Assembly (NCBI GenBank): GCA_964556975.1
Contig: CAZKYQ010000002.1
Span: 1 to 58,555 of the forward strand
Source of the DNA: an uncultured Ignavibacteria bacterium
GTDB taxonomy: Bacteria > Zixibacteria > MSB-5A5 > UBA10806
Direction: 5' to 3'
Length of the DNA: 58,555 nt
The notes below the pieces were generated by a model. It was not told the origin of the DNA. It worked only from the letters and a program-made list of their open reading frames with translations, and searched no databases. This document shows, one piece after another, positions 9,006-18,288 of this stretch. Every line of letters begins with the position of its first letter. The stretch's first letter is position 1. The position numbers and the translations under genes were made by a program.

Positions 9006-10360
9006 AGCCTAAAATACTCATTGTTGATGATGATGAATCAGTGAGGGGTTATATTTCTGACGCTTTGATTGGGATGGGCCATGCTCCGTTGGCCGCGCCG
9101 TCAGGGGAGATGGCTGTAGAATATCTTGAAAAAAGCGAATTTGATCTGGTAATAACCGATTTTAAAATGCCCGGTCTTTCCGGTATGGACGTTTTAAAAA
9201 AAGCATTAGATAACTGGCCGGATTGCGCGGTTATTATGATAACGGCGTATGGAACAATCGAACGCGCCGTCGAAGCCATGAAAATCGGCGCTCTCGATTA
9301 TATAACCAAACCAATAGGTCTTGATCACCTTGAAGTTATTATAAATAAAGCCCTCGATTATAAAGCCTTGAAAGTTGAGAACAGAATCCTAAAAAGCGAA
9401 TTAAGCGATAAATATTCCTTTGAAAATATTATCGGAAAAGCCGCCGTTATGAGAGATGTGTTCGAGCTTATTAGAAGGGCAAGCCCATCGGATTCAACTA
9501 TCCTGATTAATGGCGAATCCGGTACCGGTAAGGAGCTTGTAGCCAAGGCTATTCATTTCAATTCCGCGCGCTCGGGCAATCCATTCATTAAAATGAACTG
9601 CGCGGCGCTGCCTGAAGGCTTAATCGAATCAGAATTATTCGGACATGAAAAAGGCGCTTTCACGGGCGCTATACGGGCGAATAGAGGAAGGTTTGAAATG
9701 GCGAACAGGGGTACTCTTCTTTTGGATGAAATATCTGAAATACCGCCGGCCCTGCAGGCAAAACTATTAAGGGTCCTTCAAGAGAAAGAATTTGAACGCA
9801 TAGGCTCAGGCCAGACAATCAAGATTGATGTCCGGGTAATAGCCACATCAAATCGAGATCTAAAAGACGAAATAGCCAAAGGCAATTTCAGAGATGATCT
9901 GTTTTATAGGCTGAATGTCATCCCCATAGACTTGCCTCCATTGCGTCAAAGACTCGAGGATATTCCGCTTTTATGTGAACACTTCCTGAATAAATATTGC
10001 CAGAAAATGGGCTTGCCGAATAAAAGGCTTTCAAACAAAGTTAGCCAAATGCTCCTATCATACTCATGGCCGGGAAACGTGAGAGAACTTGAAAACATTA
10101 TTGAGCGCGCAGTAGTTATTTCAAAAAACCAGGAATTAAAGATCGGCGATTTCCCGCCGGACATGACCGCCGGTATTCCCGCGTTAAGCAAAACTAATAT
10201 GGATGTCGGAATGAGCATCGGCGATGCCGAAAAGATCCTTATCCTGAAGACCCTTAAAGCACATGGCGGCAATAAATCCAAAGCTGCGGATGTGCTTGGA
10301 ATATCGACCAGGACATTGCGCAATAAGCTTCACGAATACGGGCTTGCCGGCAGCGGCTAA
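9002..10360 (+). CDS. sigma54-dependent (NtrC-family) response regulator, FlgR/FleR-like
   Basis: 452 aa. REC domain (DFKMPG). AAA+ domain with GESGTGKE and GAFTGA. C-terminal Fis-type HTH (AADVLGISTRTLRNKL). Confidence 0.92.
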   Translation: MKPKILIVDDDESVRGYISDALIGMGHAPLAAPSGEMAVEYLEKSEFDLVITDFKMPGLSGMDVLKKALDNWPDCAVIMITAYGTIERAVEAMKIGALDYITKPIGLDHLEVIINKALDYKALKVENRILKSELSDKYSFENIIGKAAVMRDVFELIRRASPSDSTILINGESGTGKELVAKAIHFNSARSGNPFIKMNCAALPEGLIESELFGHEKGAFTGAIRANRGRFEMANRGTLLLDEISEIPPALQAKLLRVLQEKEFERIGSGQTIKIDVRVIATSNRDLKDEIAKGNFRDDLFYRLNVIPIDLPPLRQRLEDIPLLCEHFLNKYCQKMGLPNKRLSNKVSQMLLSYSWPGNVRELENIIERAVVISKNQELKIGDFPPDMTAGIPALSKTNMDVGMSIGDAEKILILKTLKAHGGNKSKAADVLGISTRTLRNKLHEYGLAGSG

Positions 10361-10395
10361 ACAAGCGTTTTTTATCTGACTTCCTATCTTATTAT

Positions 10396-10422
10396 TAAAA
10401 AGGCATATCTGATTGCCGATAT
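10396..10422 (+). promoter_or_regulatory. sigma28 (FliA)-type promoter TAAA-N15-GCCGATAT upstream of motA
   Basis: TAAA at 10396-10399, exactly 15 nt, then GCCGATAT at 10415-10422. It lies 22 nt upstream of the motA ATG, with an AAAGGA RBS between. Confidence 0.7.
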
Positions 10423-10444
10423 CCATATATAAGAAAGGATACTT

Positions 10445-11206
10445 ATGGATATTGCGTCTATCGCCGGACTGTTAATAGGTATCGGCGCCATCGTTATCGC
10501 TTTTGTTTTGGAGGGCGGTAATTTTATGTCAGTTTTGCAGGTGCCTGCTATGATTCTCGTAATTTTCGGGACAATCGGAGCGGCGACTGTTACGACTTCA
10601 ATAAAAACGTTGGCCAATCTTCCCAATCTTTTTAAAATCGCATTTTTTGGAAAAGAGCAGGAACCGTCTAAAATAATTGCCACAATAGATATTTTGGCTG
10701 AAAGGGCGCGCAGAGAGGGATTGTTGGGACTTGAAGACAATTTAAAACGGACCGGGCACCCTTTCATGAAAAAGGCCTTACAGCTCGTAATAGACGGTAC
10801 GGAAGCTATGTCGCTTCGAAATATTCTCGAAACGGAAATGGTTTACATAGGCGAGAGGCATAAGACGGGACAAATCTTTTTTCACAAGCTTGGAGGGTTT
10901 TCCCCGACCCTGGGAATTATTGGTACTGTTCTTGGACTTATTAATACTCTAAGAACAACCGGCGACCCGAACACAATGGCGGCCCATATCGCCTCGGCGT
11001 TTATTGCGACGTTATGGGGAATATCTCTGGCCAACCTGATATACTTGCCCATAAGCGACAAGTTGAAATACCGCAACCGGGAGGAGATGCAAAGCCTCGA
11101 GCTTATTATTGAGGGAATGATATCCATCCAGTCAGGAGATAATCCCAGAATTATAAAAACCAGACTATTATCGTTCCTTACTCCCGAAGAACGATTAGTT
11201 AGATGA
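10445..11206 (+). CDS. motA: flagellar stator protein MotA
   Basis: 253 aa, four TM helices. The GIIGTVLGLI...ASAFIATLWGISLAN pattern is typical of MotA/ExbB. Confidence 0.93.
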   Translation: MDIASIAGLLIGIGAIVIAFVLEGGNFMSVLQVPAMILVIFGTIGAATVTTSIKTLANLPNLFKIAFFGKEQEPSKIIATIDILAERARREGLLGLEDNLKRTGHPFMKKALQLVIDGTEAMSLRNILETEMVYIGERHKTGQIFFHKLGGFSPTLGIIGTVLGLINTLRTTGDPNTMAAHIASAFIATLWGISLANLIYLPISDKLKYRNREEMQSLELIIEGMISIQSGDNPRIIKTRLLSFLTPEERLVR

Positions 11207-12012
11207 TATTCAGAAAACCAAAAGATGACGATGATCGAGAGAACCTCGAAAGGTGGCTTCTTACATACGCCGACCTGATGACTCTTTTACTCGCATTTTT
11301 TATAATTCTTTATTCAATATCACGCATTGATGCCGAGCAATTTGAAAATGTTTCCAGCGCTCTCCGGACAATATTACATGGAACGGCTGCGTCTTCGCTT
11401 CCCCATAAGACAATTATGATGGATGATCCCGGGGCCGGGCCCGTCAAAACAGGCGATCTGAATTATCTCAAGTCAAAGATTGAGAAAATATTGCTTGAAA
11501 AGGGACTTGCGGATAAAATTTCTGCGGAAATCGAAGATAGAGGGCTTGTAATTAGAATTTCCGAATCAACTTTTTTCGATCTGGGATCAGCCGATCTTAA
11601 GGAGCAGGCCAAAGGAATCCTCAATCTTTTTGGCGATATTATAAGTGATATACCTAATCATATTCGGATTGAAGGCCATACGGACAACCTTCCGATACAA
11701 AACTCCAAGTTTCCGTCAAACTGGGAGCTTTCAACAACCCGCGCGACCATTTGCATTAGATATTTAATCGAAAATTATGGTATGGTTCCTGATAGGGTTT
11801 CTGCTATGGGATACGGCGAGTATCGACCGGTGGCGGACAATAATAGCCCGGAAGGCCGCAGTATGAACAGGCGCGTTAATATCGTTGTGCTAAATTGGGA
11901 TGAAAAATACAAGGAACCGGCAATCAACCCCGAATATATTTCACAAAGCGTGGAAAAATATTCCGATTCAAATACCGGCCAAGAAACTATTGCTGCGGCT
12001 GTTCCTCAGTAA
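11203..12012 (+). CDS. motB: flagellar stator protein MotB (OmpA-like C-terminus)
   Basis: 269 aa. WLLTYADLMTLLLAFF contains the conserved Asp. OmpA-like region NWELSTTRA...NRRVNIVV. 4-nt overlap with motA. Confidence 0.92.
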   Translation: MIFRKPKDDDDRENLERWLLTYADLMTLLLAFFIILYSISRIDAEQFENVSSALRTILHGTAASSLPHKTIMMDDPGAGPVKTGDLNYLKSKIEKILLEKGLADKISAEIEDRGLVIRISESTFFDLGSADLKEQAKGILNLFGDIISDIPNHIRIEGHTDNLPIQNSKFPSNWELSTTRATICIRYLIENYGMVPDRVSAMGYGEYRPVADNNSPEGRSMNRRVNIVVLNWDEKYKEPAINPEYISQSVEKYSDSNTGQETIAAAVPQ

Positions 12013-12061
12013 CGTATTATGTTTTAACAGTTTAATCGCTTAAATATTCCATAGCTTATTA

Positions 12062-12077
12062 TGGCATACCCTTTGCT
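12062..12077 (+). promoter_or_regulatory. sigma54-type promoter TGGCAT-N5-TTGCT upstream of flgB
   Basis: GG at 12063-12064 and GC at 12075-12076, with exactly 10 nt between. Followed by a GGAGG RBS (12090-12094) and an in-frame TTG at 12103. Confidence 0.65.
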
Positions 12078-12102
12078 CATTCACCTGTCGGAGGAAGATG
12101 TT

Positions 12103-12519
12103 TTGACAATAGCAGGAAAAATATTTGATAAAGCTGGAATACCACTTTATGAGCGGCTTGTAAAAGTCGTATCATCTTCACAGAAGGCAACTTCCGCTAA
12201 TATCGCTAATGTATCTACCCCGGGTTACCGCGCGAAACAGGTTAATTTTAAGGAAGAAATGAACAGGCTTCTTGCGCCGCAAAAGACGGTAATACCGAAG
12301 TCAACAAATCCTCGCCATATTTCCGGCGGTGAACCTCATGAAGTTGTCAGGATAAAAGAGGTTAAAGGAGAGGATAACGCGAGCGGTGTTAATAACGTGG
12401 ATATTGAAAAAGAATTGATGAACCTTAGCGAAAACCAGGTGCTATATGAGTTTGGAGCGAAAAAACTGGCCCGGACATTTGGCGTGCTTCGCGCCGCCAT
12501 AAGAGGAAGAAGCCAATGA
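12103..12519 (+). CDS. flgB: flagellar proximal rod protein FlgB
   Basis: ANIANVSTPGYRAK motif. The ORF is open from 12061, but that ATG lies inside the sigma54 box. TTG at 12103 has a GGAGG RBS 8 nt upstream. Confidence 0.88.
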   Translation: MTIAGKIFDKAGIPLYERLVKVVSSSQKATSANIANVSTPGYRAKQVNFKEEMNRLLAPQKTVIPKSTNPRHISGGEPHEVVRIKEVKGEDNASGVNNVDIEKELMNLSENQVLYEFGAKKLARTFGVLRAAIRGRSQ

Positions 12520-13010
12520 GCGGAGTTTTCGGAATATTTCAGGTCAGTGGGACGGGCCTTTCTGCCCAACGTAGAAAGCTTAATGCCGTTGCGGAAAATA
12601 TCGCCAATGTTGAAACCACAAAGACTCCTGAAGGCGGTCCATATCGTCGAAAGCAGGTTGTTTTCAAGGAAAGTTCCAAACTTGGCAGTTTCACACGCAG
12701 CCTAAAAAACGCGGTTACACGTTTGGTTCGGACAAACGGCAAGCATATGTCTCTGTCGTCGGCAGGCGCTTCGGCCAGAAAAAATATTCCCGCCGTAGGT
12801 TCCGATGAAATTAGAATTGAGCCGGAATCTTTTAAGATGGTTTATGATCCGACCCATCCAGACGCCGATGAAAGCGGTTATGTAGCCATGCCGGATATTA
12901 ATATTATTTCGGAAATGGTTGATATGATGGCGGCCACCCGGGCATACGAGGCCAATATAAGTGTCGCAAAAGCAGCCAAATCGATGTATAAGGAAGCTCT
13001 GAACATCTAA
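12516..13010 (+). CDS. flgC: flagellar proximal rod protein FlgC
   Basis: 164 aa. SGTGLSAQRRKLNAVAENIANVETT and the C-terminal EMVDMMAATRAYEANI. Confidence 0.93.
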   Translation: MSGVFGIFQVSGTGLSAQRRKLNAVAENIANVETTKTPEGGPYRRKQVVFKESSKLGSFTRSLKNAVTRLVRTNGKHMSLSSAGASARKNIPAVGSDEIRIEPESFKMVYDPTHPDADESGYVAMPDINIISEMVDMMAATRAYEANISVAKAAKSMYKEALNI

Positions 13011-13021
13011 GAGGATTGATT

Positions 13022-13309
13022 ATGAAAATTAATATTGTGTCAGGCGCCACTTACTATCCAACTAAAATAAATAAGAATATCAATCGGGCAGCCGAAGCGG
13101 GCGGTCAAAAGAATATAGAGCCAAATAAAATATCGAATTTTGAAAAAATCCTCTTTGATAAGTTAAACGCTGAAGAAGCGACTGAAATCCAAAAGCTTTT
13201 TGGCGATTTTCATATTGATGAAGCCGGAAAGAATTTTGGCAAGAATAATTCGTTTGCGGGTAAGCTGGGGGCGATACCGCGCGGAAAGTTTGTAGATATT
13301 AAAATATAA
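13022..13309 (+). CDS. hypothetical protein inserted between flgC and fliE
   Basis: 95 aa from the ATG at 13022 (AAGAGG RBS); the ORF is open from TTG 13016. Its stop TAA overlaps the fliE ATG (TAATG). I recognise no family. Confidence 0.6.
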   Translation: MKINIVSGATYYPTKINKNINRAAEAGGQKNIEPNKISNFEKILFDKLNAEEATEIQKLFGDFHIDEAGKNFGKNNSFAGKLGAIPRGKFVDIKI

Positions 13310-13614
13310 TGACTAAAATTTTACCGGGATACCGTCCTTTTACTTTGCCGGATGGCAAAGCGCAGAAAATTGATACGGGCGAACTGAAAAAATCACAATC
13401 GTTCGGACAAGTTTTTAAAGATATGCTGACGGAAACAAACGATCTTCAGTTGGAAGCAGGCCGAATAGCCCAAAGTTTTTCCTTAGGCGAGGTGGCTGAT
13501 ATTCACGAGGTTATGATAGCGGCTGAGAAAGCAGGCGTTGCTTTTGAGCTTGTTATGGAAATAAGAAATAAGCTTGTTGAAGCTTACCATGAATTTATGA
13601 GAATGCAGGTGTAG
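13309..13614 (+). CDS. fliE: flagellar hook-basal body protein FliE
   Basis: 101 aa. FGQVFKDML...DIHEVMIAAEKA...IRNKLVEAYHEFMRMQV. Confidence 0.92.
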   Translation: MTKILPGYRPFTLPDGKAQKIDTGELKKSQSFGQVFKDMLTETNDLQLEAGRIAQSFSLGEVADIHEVMIAAEKAGVAFELVMEIRNKLVEAYHEFMRMQV

Positions 13615-13616
13615 AG

Positions 13617-15149
13617 ATGGATTGGCTGATAGAAGCATTTAATAGTAATTTCAAACCATGGTGGACATCCAAAGATAATGCCAGCAAAGTTATATTTGGC
13701 GCTGTTGGAGTCGCGGCCACGGTGGCGCTTATTGTATCGTTTGTGTTTATATTAAGGCCAAATTATGAAACTCTGTATTTGGGATTAGATACTCAAGAGG
13801 CTGGACAGGTTGTAGAAAAACTAAAAGAATACAAAGTACCCTACAAATTTGAAAACGGCGGCACAACAATCGCGGTCCCCAGAAAAGATATTTATGATGT
13901 GCGCCTTCGACTGGCCTCCGAAGGCCTTCCAAAATCAGGTTCGCTGGGCTATGAAATCCTTGACGAATCCAAGCTCGGAATGACTGAATTTTTACAAAAG
14001 ATAAATTATCGAAGGGCGCTTGAGGGAGAGCTTGCCAAATCGATAAGCGGCTTAAAATGCGTAAGAGCGGCGCGCGTACATATAGTAATTCCCGAAGCGC
14101 GGCTTTTCAGAGAAGACAAATTGGACGCTACTGCCTCGATTGTGCTGTCTTTATCCAGAGCAGGAGGAATTTCTGAAAATCAGGTAGAGGGAATATTATA
14201 TCTTGTGTCTTCTTCTGTTGAGGGATTGAACCCTGAAAATGTAACTATTTTGGATTCCTCTGGCAGAATGCTTTCGAGTAAGAAAAATAGCTCCAAGCTC
14301 GGCGCGCTGTCTTCCACTCAGTATGATCTTAAAAAAAATGTCGAGGAATATCTTGAAGGTAAGGCGCTAAGCATTCTCGATCCTGTTATGGGCAGGGGCC
14401 AATCGATTGTTAAAATTACGGCCCAGCTAAATTTCGAGCAGGTGGAGCAGACAATTGAGAATTATGATTCTGATAATCCCGCTGTCCGGTCCGAAGAAAA
14501 GACTACGGAATCTTCCACAGAGGAAAACAAGGCGGAAAGCGGAAAAGGGACATCTGTCAATAACAGCACCGAAAACGTTGTTACAAATTATGAGATTAAC
14601 CGCACGGTACAGCATATTGTCAATGAAATCGGCAATATCGACAGAATGTGGGTTTCAATCCTGGTAGATGGTTCCATGAAAGAAGTAGAAGGGGCGGATG
14701 GGGTTAGCGAGGAATATGTGCCCCGTTCACAGGAGGAGCTCGACCGCCTGGCCAATCTTGTCAAAGGGGCAATTGGTTTTGATTCTGATCGCAACGATGC
14801 TCTGGAAATCGCTAACGTAGAATTCCTGCGCGAGGACTATGATTATACTGAGAGTTATTTTACGAGAGAGAATCTTGATAAAATAATAGAAATCGGATAC
14901 AAGATATTATTGTTTATGATAGGTCTAATAATATTTCAAAAAGCTAGAAAAGCGATAAATTCATATATAAAAACCAAGAAAGCTGAGGCAACTAGAAAAT
15001 CGGTTGCGGCAGAAGCTGAAAGAAAACGGCAAGAACTTCTTCCCAAAATAAAAAATGAACCTCAACTTGTTGATCATATGAGAGATTTAGCCAAAGAACG
15101 GCCAAATGAAGTCGCCAAAGTTATAAAAACTATGCTTTCACAGGAATAG
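13617..15149 (+). CDS. fliF: flagellar MS-ring protein FliF
   Basis: 510 aa. N-terminal TM segment, YxxLY...LDxxEAGxVVExL...VPY motif, C-terminal TM segment. Confidence 0.93.
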   Translation: MDWLIEAFNSNFKPWWTSKDNASKVIFGAVGVAATVALIVSFVFILRPNYETLYLGLDTQEAGQVVEKLKEYKVPYKFENGGTTIAVPRKDIYDVRLRLASEGLPKSGSLGYEILDESKLGMTEFLQKINYRRALEGELAKSISGLKCVRAARVHIVIPEARLFREDKLDATASIVLSLSRAGGISENQVEGILYLVSSSVEGLNPENVTILDSSGRMLSSKKNSSKLGALSSTQYDLKKNVEEYLEGKALSILDPVMGRGQSIVKITAQLNFEQVEQTIENYDSDNPAVRSEEKTTESSTEENKAESGKGTSVNNSTENVVTNYEINRTVQHIVNEIGNIDRMWVSILVDGSMKEVEGADGVSEEYVPRSQEELDRLANLVKGAIGFDSDRNDALEIANVEFLREDYDYTESYFTRENLDKIIEIGYKILLFMIGLIIFQKARKAINSYIKTKKAEATRKSVAAEAERKRQELLPKIKNEPQLVDHMRDLAKERPNEVAKVIKTMLSQE

Positions 15150-15158
15150 TAGAACAAA

Positions 15159-16169
15159 ATGCAGTATGAAGAATTAACTAACGCTCAACGCGCCGCAATA
15201 CTTCTTGTTGCTCTTGGCGATAAGGTGTCTCCGGCGGTTCTGAAAATATTGACGGAAAACGAGATTGAGCTTTTGACTCTTGAGATAGCAAATATTCGGG
15301 ATATTCCTCCTGATATAGAGGAAAAAATCCTAAAAGACGCCTCCACAATTATGATGGCTCAAAATTATATATCTCAGGGAGGCGTTGATTATGCGCGCGA
15401 TCTGCTTGAAAAAGCCCTGGGACGCGATAGGACAAACGATATTTTAAAAAGACTGGAGGGTTCTCTCCAGACAACTGGTTTTGGAATGCTCCGCAATATT
15501 GACCCCAAACAGCTTATCAATTTCATTCAGAATGAACATCCCCAGACAATTTCGCTTATTATGACTCAGCTTCCGTCTCAATCGGCGGCGGCAATTTTAT
15601 CTGATCTTCCTTCAGAAGTACAGGCGGATGTTTCCTTTCGAATTGCAACTATGGAAAAAATATCGCCGGATGTTATTAATGAGCTTGAAGTAATGTTAGA
15701 AAGGCAATTTGAAGACGTTGGCACGGGTGATTTATCTTTTTCCGGAGGCGCAAAAACAATTGCCGAAATTCTCAACCTGGTAGAAGCGTCCGCGGAAAAA
15801 GGGATAATGGAAACGATGGAATCCGAAAACCCCGACCTGGCATCGGAAATAAAAAATCTTATGTTTGTATTTGAGGATATTATCCTGCTCGACAACCGCT
15901 CAATACAGCGCATATTGAAAGAGGTCGAGACCAAGGACCTTGCCATCGCGCTCAAAGCGGCTTCAGAGGAAGTTAAGGGAAAAATATTTACAAATATTTC
16001 CGAGCGTGTCGCCTCGATGATTAAAGAGGAAATGGAATTTATGGGGCCCATGCGGCTTTCGGATGTTGAGGCGGTTCAACAAAAAATCGTTGAAGTTATA
16101 CGAAGGCTCCAGGATGAGGGCCAGATTATTATTACGGGCCGCGGCGGCAAGGAAGAATTGGTTGTTTAA
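15159..16169 (+). CDS. fliG: flagellar motor switch protein FliG
   Basis: 336 aa. EHPQTISLIM, MFVFEDI and the C-terminal charged-helix region. Confidence 0.95.
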   Translation: MQYEELTNAQRAAILLVALGDKVSPAVLKILTENEIELLTLEIANIRDIPPDIEEKILKDASTIMMAQNYISQGGVDYARDLLEKALGRDRTNDILKRLEGSLQTTGFGMLRNIDPKQLINFIQNEHPQTISLIMTQLPSQSAAAILSDLPSEVQADVSFRIATMEKISPDVINELEVMLERQFEDVGTGDLSFSGGAKTIAEILNLVEASAEKGIMETMESENPDLASEIKNLMFVFEDIILLDNRSIQRILKEVETKDLAIALKAASEEVKGKIFTNISERVASMIKEEMEFMGPMRLSDVEAVQQKIVEVIRRLQDEGQIIITGRGGKEELVV

Positions 16170-16212
16170 AAAGGTTATAAAGAAAGAATCTGTTGCGCTT
16201 GATGAACCATTC

Positions 16213-16956
16213 ATGGATACAGCAAAATTACGCCGCATAATAAAGTCAATCGATATTGGCAAAAGTTCCAAAGCTGGAACTGGGAGCGCGACTCAAAAAA
16301 TATCTATAAAAAGGCTTCTTAAAAAGAATAGTATGCAATTAGTTGATAATACTTCCTTCCCCCAACAAATTGCAGCTCCAGCTCTCGCAATGGATCCCAG
16401 TGATAAAAATATTATGGTGGCAGAAAAAGCGCGGGAACTTGAAGAGAGATATAAGCAGGAAAAAGAGCAAGCTTATAGCGATGGGTATAATAAAGGCAAG
16501 ACGGACGGCTTTACGGAGGGCGCTTCATCTTTGGGAGAAATTGAGAATTTTCTTGATGCTATCAATAAAGAAGTAATTCTCTCGAAAGAGCACCTTTTAA
16601 AAAACGCCGAAGACATCATGGCGAAACTTTCTCTTGAAATTGCGGAAGCGGTTATTGGAGAAGCGGCTATGAAATCATCAAACGAGCTTTTGGAATATAA
16701 TCTTGAGCGTTGTCTTGGCATACTGGGCGGTTCAGGGAAAGTTCTTATTAGAGTAAGCCCGAACGATTACGAGTTCGCCAAAGATAAGACTGAAGTTTTA
16801 TTCAGACAAAACAAGGATAAGTTTAATTTTGAATTTGAGCCGGATACGAATATAACACCGGGGGGCTGTTATATCGAATCATCCGGCGGGGCAATAGACG
16901 GTCGAATTGAAAGCCAATTTGATCTCATAAAAGAGAATTTTCTGCAGATGCTCTGA
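16213..16956 (+). CDS. fliH: flagellar export ATPase regulator FliH
   Basis: FliH/YscL-like region (AYSDGYNKGKTDGFTEG...LSLEIAEAVIGE...GGCYIESSGGAIDGRIESQ). The ORF is open from 16063 but overlaps fliG. ATG 16213 or TTG 16162 is more plausible. Confidence 0.85.
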   Translation: MDTAKLRRIIKSIDIGKSSKAGTGSATQKISIKRLLKKNSMQLVDNTSFPQQIAAPALAMDPSDKNIMVAEKARELEERYKQEKEQAYSDGYNKGKTDGFTEGASSLGEIENFLDAINKEVILSKEHLLKNAEDIMAKLSLEIAEAVIGEAAMKSSNELLEYNLERCLGILGGSGKVLIRVSPNDYEFAKDKTEVLFRQNKDKFNFEFEPDTNITPGGCYIESSGGAIDGRIESQFDLIKENFLQML

Positions 16957-16957
16957 T

Positions 16958-18280
16958 ATGTCGGGACTTCTTTCAAATATCGATAAAATCACTGATAAAA
17001 TTAAACATGTCCAGGTGGTTCGTCAAAGCGGAATTGTAGAATCCGTTGTTGGACTCTTAATTGAGGCAAAGGGACCGCCAACTCGAATTGGCGAGCACCT
17101 CCAAATTGAATGCCCGGGCATGCCGGACGGAATGGTTATGGCTGAAGTTGTTGGCTTTAGGAATGATAAAGTTTTGATAATGCCCCTCGGGGAAATGGAG
17201 GGGATTTCCCCCGGGGCGAAAGTCTGGGCAACGGGGCGCCAGCTTTCCGTTCCAGTAGGAGACGAACTGCTTGGGAGGGTGGTTAACGGCTTTATTGAGC
17301 CAATAGACGGCAAGGGGCCGATACTGACTTCGGAAAAAAGACCATTGAATGCGGAGCCGCCGGGGCCTCTTCAGAGAAAACGAATTAAAGAGGCGCTATA
17401 TACCGGTATTAGAGCAATAGACTGTTTTACAACCTGTGGAAAAGGCCAGAGAATGGGAATATTCTCTGGATCGGGCGTTGGCAAATCAACATTGCTGGGA
17501 ATGATAGCAAGATCGTCAGAGGCCGATGTAAACGTTATCGGTTTGATTGGAGAACGAGGCCGCGAAGTGCTTGATTTTATTGAAAAGGACCTCGGCCCCG
17601 AAGGACTGAAAAGGTCGATAGTTGTAGCCGTAACTTCAGATAAACCGCCGCTATTACGCGTAAAAGCGGCCCTCGCCGCGACTACTCTTGCTGAATATTT
17701 CCGGGACCAGGGCAAAGATGTTGTCTTGATGATTGATTCCCTGACTCGAATCGGCATGGCCCAGCGCGAAGTCGGCCTCGCTTCGGGGGAGCCGCCTACC
17801 ACAAAGGGTTACACTCCTTCGGTTTTTTCTCTATTCCCAAAGCTTCTGGAACGGGCCGGATATTGTGAATCCGGCAGCATTACCGGCTATTATACCGTGC
17901 TTGTTGAGGGTGACGATGCCAACGATCCTATTGCTGATACAACTCGCGCTATTCTTGACGGTCATCTCTGGCTGTCGAGGTCTTTAGCCTCAAAAAACCA
18001 TTTTCCGGCGATTGAAATACCGAATTCAATTTCACGCCTTATGGTTGACGTTGGATCAGACGAGCTGCTGCAAGCTGCCGGAAAAGCGCGGAAAATAATT
18101 TCCGATTATACCGACGCCGAAGATCTTATCAATATCGGCGCTTATGCAAAGGGATCATCGGCCGAGATCGATTACGCTATCGAAAAAAACAGCTTACTAA
18201 ATAAATTTCTTCGGCAAGGTATTAATGAAACAACGGCCTTCGAGCAATCTTTCGCGGCGCTTACTGAAATTGTTTCATAG
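16958..18280 (+). CDS. fliI: flagellum-specific ATPase FliI
   Basis: 440 aa. Walker A GSGVGKST, Walker B VVLMIDSLTR, F1-ATPase beta-like fold pattern. Confidence 0.96.
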   Translation: MSGLLSNIDKITDKIKHVQVVRQSGIVESVVGLLIEAKGPPTRIGEHLQIECPGMPDGMVMAEVVGFRNDKVLIMPLGEMEGISPGAKVWATGRQLSVPVGDELLGRVVNGFIEPIDGKGPILTSEKRPLNAEPPGPLQRKRIKEALYTGIRAIDCFTTCGKGQRMGIFSGSGVGKSTLLGMIARSSEADVNVIGLIGERGREVLDFIEKDLGPEGLKRSIVVAVTSDKPPLLRVKAALAATTLAEYFRDQGKDVVLMIDSLTRIGMAQREVGLASGEPPTTKGYTPSVFSLFPKLLERAGYCESGSITGYYTVLVEGDDANDPIADTTRAILDGHLWLSRSLASKNHFPAIEIPNSISRLMVDVGSDELLQAAGKARKIISDYTDAEDLINIGAYAKGSSAEIDYAIEKNSLLNKFLRQGINETTAFEQSFAALTEIVS

Positions 18281-18288
18281 GCCGAATT

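Noticed and set aside
10402-10416. A sigma54-like GGCAT...TTGC upstream of motA.
   Set aside because: The spacing is GG-N11-GC rather than the strict N10. The same DNA is better explained as the spacer and -10 box of a perfect sigma28 promoter (TAAA-N15-GCCGATAT).
16063-16212. A longer fliH ORF overlapping fliG by 107 nt.
   Set aside because: The N-terminal extension is basic, low-complexity read-through of the fliG 3' end. Starts at TTG 16162 or ATG 16213 are more plausible.
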